Below are positions 58,248-64,000 of a DNA stretch of 64,000 nt, piece after piece. The position numbers and the translations under genes were made by a program. Below the pieces are notes generated by a model. It worked only from the letters and a program-made list of their open reading frames with translations. It searched no databases and had not been told where the DNA came from. The DNA lies in contig JACPSJ010000001.1 of assembly GCA_016193315.1 (NCBI GenBank), positions 406,723 to 470,722 on the forward strand. Reading direction: 5' to 3'. The first letter of the stretch is position 1; every line of letters starts with the position of its first letter. The DNA is from Candidatus Kerfeldbacteria bacterium. GTDB lineage: Bacteria > Patescibacteriota > Patescibacteriia > SBBC01 > CAIJZX01.

Positions 58248-58580
58248 ATGGCCGACCAGCCCAGTCGGTGGTTATTCGTCATCAACCTGGGGCTCAACCT
58301 CAGCACCTGGTTTGGTGTCTGGTTTGGCATTCCGCATCGAGCACAGCTGGTGCCGATCCACTATACCATATACTTCGGCATCGACTTAACCGGCGCCTGG
58401 ACGAAATATTTTTGGTTGCCGGGCGCCGGTCTGTTGGCGTTGATCCTGCCATTGTTCGCCATCGCAGTTTCGTCGCACCCGTATTGGCTGCGATCATGGT
58501 GGCTGATGATATTATTAATTCAGATCTTGCTGGTCCTGTCGTTGCTGACGGCGGGCCTTCATCTCAGTCAGACATCATGA
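58248..58580 (+). CDS. Small membrane protein, translationally coupled to mraY (ATGA overlap)
   Basis: 3 TM helices. Its stop overlaps the mraY ATG. Confidence 0.4.
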   Translation: MADQPSRWLFVINLGLNLSTWFGVWFGIPHRAQLVPIHYTIYFGIDLTGAWTKYFWLPGAGLLALILPLFAIAVSSHPYWLRSWWLMILLIQILLVLSLLTAGLHLSQTS

Positions 58581-59617
58581 CCACCGAGATACAGATAATA
58601 TTTATTCTCCTCCTGGCCGGATCAACACTGACCGTCGCCGCCACGCCGGCCCTGACGAACTTCCTCTACCGTCACCGCCTAGGCAAACAAATCCGTGATG
58701 CTCACGAGACGCCGGTCTACAGCGCGCTCCACGCCAAGAAAGCGGGTACCCCGACGATGGGCGGGGTATTGATCTGGGGGACGACGGTCGTCGTCCTCGG
58801 TCTGAGTTGGCTGGTCAGTCGACTAGTCCCGTCCGGTTGGCTCGGCGATCTTAATTTCTGGTCGCGGAGTGAAACGTATTTGCCGGTTGGTGTTCTACTC
58901 CTAGCGGCGATCGTGGGCCTGATTGATGATTTCTACAATGTTCGTCAGCGCGGCGCCCATGGCGGTGGACTGCGCGCCCGGCATCGCCTGCTCATCTACA
59001 CCATTATCGCCGTTCTGGGAGCATGGTGGTTCTATTTCAAGCTTGACTGGACCACGCTCCAGCTGCCGTTCCTGGGGCCAGTTGATATTGGTGCTTGGTA
59101 CATCCCGCTCTTCATTCTTACCATTGTCGCCACTTCATTTTCGGTCAATAATGCCGATGGGCTGGACGGTCTGGCCGGCGGCTTACTGCTGACCGCTTTC
59201 GCCGCCTACGCGGCGATTGCTTTTAGCCAAGGGAAAGCTGAGCTGGCCAGTTTCTTGTCAGTTATCATTGGCTCGCTGGCCGCGTTCCTGTGGTTCAACA
59301 TCCCACCCGCCCGTTTTTTCATGGGCGACACAGGGTCAATGAGCCTCGGCGTCACCCTCGGGGTGATCGCCATGCTGACGAATACCGTCTGGCTCCTGCC
59401 AGTGATTGGCCTGATGTTCGTCGTCGAATCAGCCTCGATCCTGATTCAGCTGGCCTCGAAACGCTGGCGCGGCAAGAAAGTTTTTCTATCCGCGCCGATC
59501 CACCATCACTTCGAGGCTAAGGGGTGGAGTGAGCCAAAAATCGTCATGCGTTTCTGGTTGATTGGGGCCCTGACCGCCGTGGCCGGTCTGATTCTCTTCT
59601 GGCTCGAACGTCGTTAA
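58577..59617 (+). CDS. mraY: Phospho-N-acetylmuramoyl-pentapeptide transferase
   Basis: …DDFYNV…NNADGLDGLAGG…MGDTGSMSLG. Confidence 0.9.
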   Translation: MTTEIQIIFILLLAGSTLTVAATPALTNFLYRHRLGKQIRDAHETPVYSALHAKKAGTPTMGGVLIWGTTVVVLGLSWLVSRLVPSGWLGDLNFWSRSETYLPVGVLLLAAIVGLIDDFYNVRQRGAHGGGLRARHRLLIYTIIAVLGAWWFYFKLDWTTLQLPFLGPVDIGAWYIPLFILTIVATSFSVNNADGLDGLAGGLLLTAFAAYAAIAFSQGKAELASFLSVIIGSLAAFLWFNIPPARFFMGDTGSMSLGVTLGVIAMLTNTVWLLPVIGLMFVVESASILIQLASKRWRGKKVFLSAPIHHHFEAKGWSEPKIVMRFWLIGALTAVAGLILFWLERR

Positions 59618-59632
59618 GAAAGCGTGATCATG

Positions 59633-59661
59633 TTGCGTGGTAGTTGATTTTGTGTTATAAT
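59633..59661 (+). promoter_or_regulatory. Promoter TTGCGT-17-TGtTATAAT (extended -10) ending 7 nt before the murD ATG, which would give a leaderless mRNA
   Basis: TTGCGT at 59633-59638; TG at 59653-59654; TATAAT at 59656-59661; ATG at 59669. Confidence 0.5.
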
Positions 59662-59668
59662 GTAGCCG

Positions 59669-61084
59669 ATGAAATCAAGGCCGCGCCGAGATCAGGAGTT
59701 TAGAGAGAAACGAGTGCTCATCGTCGGTCTCGGATTACATGGCGGAGCGGCCAGTGCCGCGCGGTGGTTCGCTCGACAAGGTGCTCAGGTCCGTGTGACC
59801 GACCTCAAATCGGCACAGGATCTGGCCCCATCCATTCGCCGGCTCCAAGGTTGGCCCATTGATTATCATCTCGGCCAACATCGGCCAGCCGACTTTCGTT
59901 GGGCCGAAGTCATTTATCAAAATCAGGGTGTCCTCAGTACCATGCCCTTGCTGGCCGCCGCTCGACGCCGTGGTGTCGAGATCGTCAATGAGGCCTCAAT
60001 TTTTTTTCGTTTCTGCCCAGCCACCATTGTCGGCGTCACCGGCACACGCGGAAAATCGACTACCACCGCCCTGCTGACGATGATGCTCCAACGGCAGCAC
60101 CGACGGACAGTGGTGTCCGGAAATATCCGCCAGGTGCCGATGCTTGACCTCCTTGATCGGCTGTCGGCCGACCACTGGGTGGTGCTCGAGTTGTCGTCGT
60201 TTCAGCTGGAGTTTCTGCCCGCCGTCGGCCTCAACCCGCACGTGGCGATTATGACCAACCTCCAGGTCGACCACCTTAACCGCTATCGGACGCTGAGCGC
60301 CTACGCCCAAGCCAAGTACCAACTCTTTCGTTTCCAACGCCCAGCCGACGTGGCGGTCCTGAATTACAATTCCAGCTGGGCGCGTCGAGTTCGAGACATC
60401 ACTGCCGGCCAGGTGCTTTGGTTTTCGCAACTTCACCGCCCGCCAGGTTGGAGCGTTTCTCTGCGTGGGCTGGAAGTGATTGAGCGACGAGGTCGGAACG
60501 AGGAACGACTATTGTCCTTGAACGACTGGTCATTGCCGGGGCGCCACCAACGAGATAATCTTTTGGCCGCCGTCGCCGGTGCCAGAGCAATGGCGGTGTC
60601 GGCGGCTAACATCCGACGGGCGGTCAGGCAGTTCCGCGGCCTGCCACATCGTCAAGAACTGGTCCGCCGCTGGGGGGGCCACCAGTTCATTAACGACACC
60701 GCCGCCACGACGCCAGACGGAACGTTAGCGGCGATCGAGGTTTTTCCCGCCGGCCTTTTTATTGTCGGTGGGGTAGATAAAGCCTTGCGCTTTCGACCTC
60801 TAGCGGAAGCCTGCCAGCGCCGCTCGCTGCGGCTGGTATTTTTACCTGGTTCAGCCACCGCCAAATTATGGCGAGTCTTACTTCGCATCGGTTACCATGG
60901 GCGTCACGCCTTTGCCGACTCGATGGCCGAAGCCGTTCAACAGGCCGTCCGTCTGGCCCGGCCTGGACAGCCGATTGTCCTCAGCCCAGGCGCCGCTAGC
61001 TTCGGCCTATTTCAGCACGAATTCGACCGCGGCCAGCAATTCGTTCGGATCGTCAACCGTCTACCCAATGCCCTCCGTGCGTGA
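59669..61084 (+). CDS. murD: UDP-N-acetylmuramoylalanine--D-glutamate ligase
   Basis: VLIVGLGLHGGAASA…GVTGTRGKSTTTALL. Confidence 0.85.
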   Translation: MKSRPRRDQEFREKRVLIVGLGLHGGAASAARWFARQGAQVRVTDLKSAQDLAPSIRRLQGWPIDYHLGQHRPADFRWAEVIYQNQGVLSTMPLLAAARRRGVEIVNEASIFFRFCPATIVGVTGTRGKSTTTALLTMMLQRQHRRTVVSGNIRQVPMLDLLDRLSADHWVVLELSSFQLEFLPAVGLNPHVAIMTNLQVDHLNRYRTLSAYAQAKYQLFRFQRPADVAVLNYNSSWARRVRDITAGQVLWFSQLHRPPGWSVSLRGLEVIERRGRNEERLLSLNDWSLPGRHQRDNLLAAVAGARAMAVSAANIRRAVRQFRGLPHRQELVRRWGGHQFINDTAATTPDGTLAAIEVFPAGLFIVGGVDKALRFRPLAEACQRRSLRLVFLPGSATAKLWRVLLRIGYHGRHAFADSMAEAVQQAVRLARPGQPIVLSPGAASFGLFQHEFDRGQQFVRIVNRLPNALRA

Positions 61085-62183
61085 ACACCAGCCCGACTAC
61101 ATTCTCGGCCTGACGATTATCGCCTTGCTTCTGTTCGGCTTGGTAATGCTGGCTAGCGCTGGCTCGGTCCTCGGTTACCAGCGATTTGGTGACAGTAATT
61201 TCTTCGCCAAACGGCAGATGGTCAGCATTCTCGTTGGGTTGGTATTTTTTTTCATCGCCTACCGACTCGACTACCACCGCTGGCAGCAATGGTCGGTGCC
61301 GATCCTGGTGGTGACCGTGGCACTGCTGTTGGCTGTTTTCCTGCCCGGTCTCGGTTCATACTTCCTGGGGGCCCGCCGCTGGATTAATTTCGGCTGGTTT
61401 CTTGTTCAACCCAGCGAGTTGGCGAAGTTGACGATGGTTATCTATTTGGCGGCCTGGTTTGAGCGGCGGCCACACCAACTGAATGAGGTCCAGGCCACCC
61501 TGGTGCCATTTCTTACGACCGTCGGACTAGTGGCGGGGTTAATTCTGGCCGAGCCCGATCTGGGGACTACCACCATCGTGCTGGTCACTTCGATGGTGCT
61601 CTACTTTGTGGCCGGCGGCCCCTGGCGGTATTTGTTCGCGTTTGGCACCGCCGGGCTAGCGTTGTTCCTGATGATTATCAAGCTGGCTCCGTACCGGGCC
61701 CAGCGTTTCACAGTTTTTCTCAATCCCAACCTCGATCCGCTGGGCATCGGTTATCATATTAACCAGGCCCTACTGGCCATCGGTTCCGGCGGCCTGTTTG
61801 GACTCGGACTCGGTCACTCGCGCCAAAAGTTTAACTACCTGCCCGAGCCAGCCGGCGATTCAATTTTCGCGGTGGTGGCCGAAGAGCTGGGGTGGATTTT
61901 TGTCACCATCTTCGTGTTGGCTTGGATGATATTTCTACACCGTGGTTTAAGTATTGCCCGGCAAGCGCCAGACCGTTTTGGTCAGTTAGTGGCGACCGGT
62001 ATTACCAGCTGGTTGGGATTCCAAGCCTTCCTCAATATTGGCGCCTTGTCCGGCGTGGTACCGTTGACTGGCGTACCACTCCCGTTCCTCAGTCACGGCG
62101 GTTCGGCGATCATCACCGGTTTAACGGCCATCGGCATACTAATGAATATTTCACGGCAGACCGTCCAGGGGGGGCGTCTATGA
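61068..62183 (+). CDS. ftsW: SEDS-family peptidoglycan glycosyltransferase (FtsW/RodA)
   Basis: ATG at 61068. …FVQPSELAKLTMVIYLAAWF…. Confidence 0.8.
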   Translation: MPSVREHQPDYILGLTIIALLLFGLVMLASAGSVLGYQRFGDSNFFAKRQMVSILVGLVFFFIAYRLDYHRWQQWSVPILVVTVALLLAVFLPGLGSYFLGARRWINFGWFLVQPSELAKLTMVIYLAAWFERRPHQLNEVQATLVPFLTTVGLVAGLILAEPDLGTTTIVLVTSMVLYFVAGGPWRYLFAFGTAGLALFLMIIKLAPYRAQRFTVFLNPNLDPLGIGYHINQALLAIGSGGLFGLGLGHSRQKFNYLPEPAGDSIFAVVAEELGWIFVTIFVLAWMIFLHRGLSIARQAPDRFGQLVATGITSWLGFQAFLNIGALSGVVPLTGVPLPFLSHGGSAIITGLTAIGILMNISRQTVQGGRL

Positions 62184-63250
62184 GCCGACGGATCATCATC
62201 AGCGGCGGCGGAACAGCCGGCTCAATCAGCCCGCTGCTGGGTGTGGTCGACGAACTCCGGCGGCGAGACCCAACAATTAACTGGTTGCTGGTTGGGACCG
62301 CCGCTGGGCCGGAACGCGACTTAGCTGAGATCGCCGGCCTACCCTTTCATTCCATCCCGGCCGGCAAGTGGCGACGCTACTGGTCGTGGAAGAATTTCTC
62401 TGACTTGGGTAGTTTGTGGCAGGGTTTCCGGGCGGCCCGCCAGATCGTGGCTAGCTGGCGACCAGACACCATTGTTACTGCCGGTTCGTACGTGTCGGTG
62501 CCACTAGTGTGGGCCGGGAAGTTAGCCGGCAGTAAAATATTGATTCACCAGCAGGATGTCCGACCCGGGTTGGCCAATCGATTGATGGCCCCAGCGGCCG
62601 ACGTCATCACCGTCACGTTCGAACAGTCATTGCGCCATTTCCCGGCCGCGAAAGTTCGGTACACCGGCAATCCAGTTCGAGCGGACATCCTCCGCGGTGA
62701 TCCGGTTGAGGGTCGACGACTGTTCCAACTCCAATCTGGTCTACCCACGCTGCTCGTGCTTGGCGGCAGTACCGGTTCGAGTTTCCTCAATCACCTGGTC
62801 AGCGCCGTGGCCTATCGGCTAGTGAACGACTGGCAAATCGTGCATTTGACCGGTCGCGACCGAGACTTCGTTGAGCTCCAGGACGAACGCTACCACCGCT
62901 ACGATTTCCTAACCTGGGAAATGCCTCATGCGATGGCGGTCGCCAACGTGGTCGTCTCCCGTGTCGGTCTGGGGACACTGACGGAGTTGGCCGCTCTTGG
63001 CAAGCCGTGCCTCTTTGTCCCCATGCCCGGCACACATCAAGAAGACAACGCCCAGTTGTTAGCCCAGCTGAAGGCCGGTCTAGTGGTCGATCAAGACCAA
63101 CTCAATCCCGCTACCTTTCATGAACAGCTTGAGCGGCTAAGGAAAAATGCCGTTGAGCGCCGTGTCTTTGGCGATAACCTCCACCAGCTCTACCGACCCG
63201 ATGCGGTGGAGCAAATTGGTCAGGTTATTCTTCAGCTTCGGCCCCAGTGA
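62180..63250 (+). CDS. murG: Undecaprenyldiphospho-muramoylpentapeptide beta-N-acetylglucosaminyltransferase
   Basis: MSRRIIISGGGTAGSISPLL…; ATGA overlap with ftsW. Confidence 0.85.
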   Translation: MSRRIIISGGGTAGSISPLLGVVDELRRRDPTINWLLVGTAAGPERDLAEIAGLPFHSIPAGKWRRYWSWKNFSDLGSLWQGFRAARQIVASWRPDTIVTAGSYVSVPLVWAGKLAGSKILIHQQDVRPGLANRLMAPAADVITVTFEQSLRHFPAAKVRYTGNPVRADILRGDPVEGRRLFQLQSGLPTLLVLGGSTGSSFLNHLVSAVAYRLVNDWQIVHLTGRDRDFVELQDERYHRYDFLTWEMPHAMAVANVVVSRVGLGTLTELAALGKPCLFVPMPGTHQEDNAQLLAQLKAGLVVDQDQLNPATFHEQLERLRKNAVERRVFGDNLHQLYRPDAVEQIGQVILQLRPQ

Positions 63251-64000
63251 ACTTGCCATCACTACGTCGGGTGTACTGCCTCGGCCTCGGTGGTGTTGGC
63301 GTTTCGGCCGTGGCCAAGTATCTGCTCCGTCATGGTATATCGGTGGCCGGTTCAGACCCGGTTCGGTCGCCGTTGACCGCCGATGTCGAAGCGCTTGGTG
63401 GTCGACATTTCGTTGACGTTGATCCGCAGCGCCTCAGTCCGGACGTCGACCTAGTCATCTACAGCGACGCTTGTCCGCCCGATCACCCCGAATTAGTGGC
63501 GGCCCGACGTTTGGGCCGGCCAGTGATGACCTTTGCGGAGAGTCTGGGGGCTATCATGCATAGCTTCCCGCGGCGGGTGATCATCGCCGGGACCAACGGC
63601 AAGAGCACGACCACGGCCCTGACCGGCCTCCTGCTCGAATCAGCCGGACTCAACCCCACCGTTTTTGTCGGCAGCCGGCTCAGTAGTTTTAACGGCAACC
63701 TCCGCTTTGGTGGTCAGCAGGTATTCGTCGCTGAGGGCGATGAGTACCGTCAACATTTTCATCAGCTTGAACCAACCATCCTGACCCTGACCAATCTCGA
63801 ACCAGACCATCTTGATTTTTTCCATAACCTACCAACTCTGATTGCCAGTTTTGACACCATGGTTGGTCGTCTCGATCGGTCCGGACGGCTGGTGTTGAAT
63901 ATTGATGATCCGATCATTCGGCGGCAGTGGGGACGTCATCCCGCTAGGCTGACTTTTGGCTTCAACCGCTCGGCCGACGTGGTGGTTGAGGATTATCGGA
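63247..64000 (+). CDS. murC: UDP-N-acetylmuramate--L-alanine ligase (N-terminal part; runs off the window)
   Basis: GTG at 63247 overlaps the murG stop. …GLGGVGVSAVAKYLLRHGISVAGSD…IAGTNGKSTTTAL. The frame stays open to the window end. Confidence 0.75.
   Translation, partial: MNLPSLRRVYCLGLGGVGVSAVAKYLLRHGISVAGSDPVRSPLTADVEALGGRHFVDVDPQRLSPDVDLVIYSDACPPDHPELVAARRLGRPVMTFAESLGAIMHSFPRRVIIAGTNGKSTTTALTGLLLESAGLNPTVFVGSRLSSFNGNLRFGGQQVFVAEGDEYRQHFHQLEPTILTLTNLEPDHLDFFHNLPTLIASFDTMVGRLDRSGRLVLNIDDPIIRRQWGRHPARLTFGFNRSADVVVEDYR

Noticed and set aside
1-64000. CRISPR arrays, rRNA genes, and transposase or integrase genes
   Set aside because: No regularly spaced direct repeats, rRNA-like conserved blocks, or DDE/tyrosine/serine recombinase motifs were found on reading the window.

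Overview
This 64-kb window looks like chromosomal DNA from a roughly 60% GC bacterium with several AT-richer islands. Genes are densely packed, and many consecutive genes overlap by the 4-nt ATGA start/stop arrangement. Most genes lack a recognisable Shine-Dalgarno sequence, and at least two promoters sit so close to the ATG that the mRNA would be leaderless. I cannot assign a lineage. The content is consistent with a small-genome, uncultivated bacterium that has peptidoglycan, type IV pili and secreted proteases.

Contents, left to right:
- Replication and repair: dnaX with a canonical internal -1 frameshift motif, a uracil-DNA glycosylase, MutY and a deoxynucleoside kinase.
- A tRNA-Gln locus disrupted by a 373-bp element bounded by inverted repeats. 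The element carries a GIY-YIG gene and its own intact tRNA-Gln copy, and an AT-richer surface zinc metalloprotease gene lies just downstream.
- typA/bipA, preceded by an unusually long structured leader of about 500 nt.
- Cyclophilin, a VIT-family transporter, a Cas4-like nuclease, malQ and a PGI/PMI isomerase.
- A membrane PDZ protein and an S8 subtilase with FG-GAP repeats.
- A roughly 16-kb glycan biosynthesis locus. It contains GtrA, two DPM1-like GT2 genes, UDP-xylose synthase, an epimerase, a DUF2304-like protein, five or six GT4 genes, a methyltransferase, a GT-C-like or Wzy-like membrane protein, WecB and Wzx. It includes a clearly AT-rich two-gene cassette.
- A fused zinc-ribbon, methyltransferase and APH-like kinase gene, a Gfo/Idh/MocA oxidoreductase, and GT-C/GT39 membrane proteins.
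- murA, ctpA and rplI.
- A minus-strand type IV pilus operon (pilB, pilC, pilM, pilN, pilO and a small gene) running into rpmA.
- A division and cell-wall block: mraY, murD, ftsW, murG and murC.

No CRISPR array, rRNA gene or classical transposase or integrase was seen.
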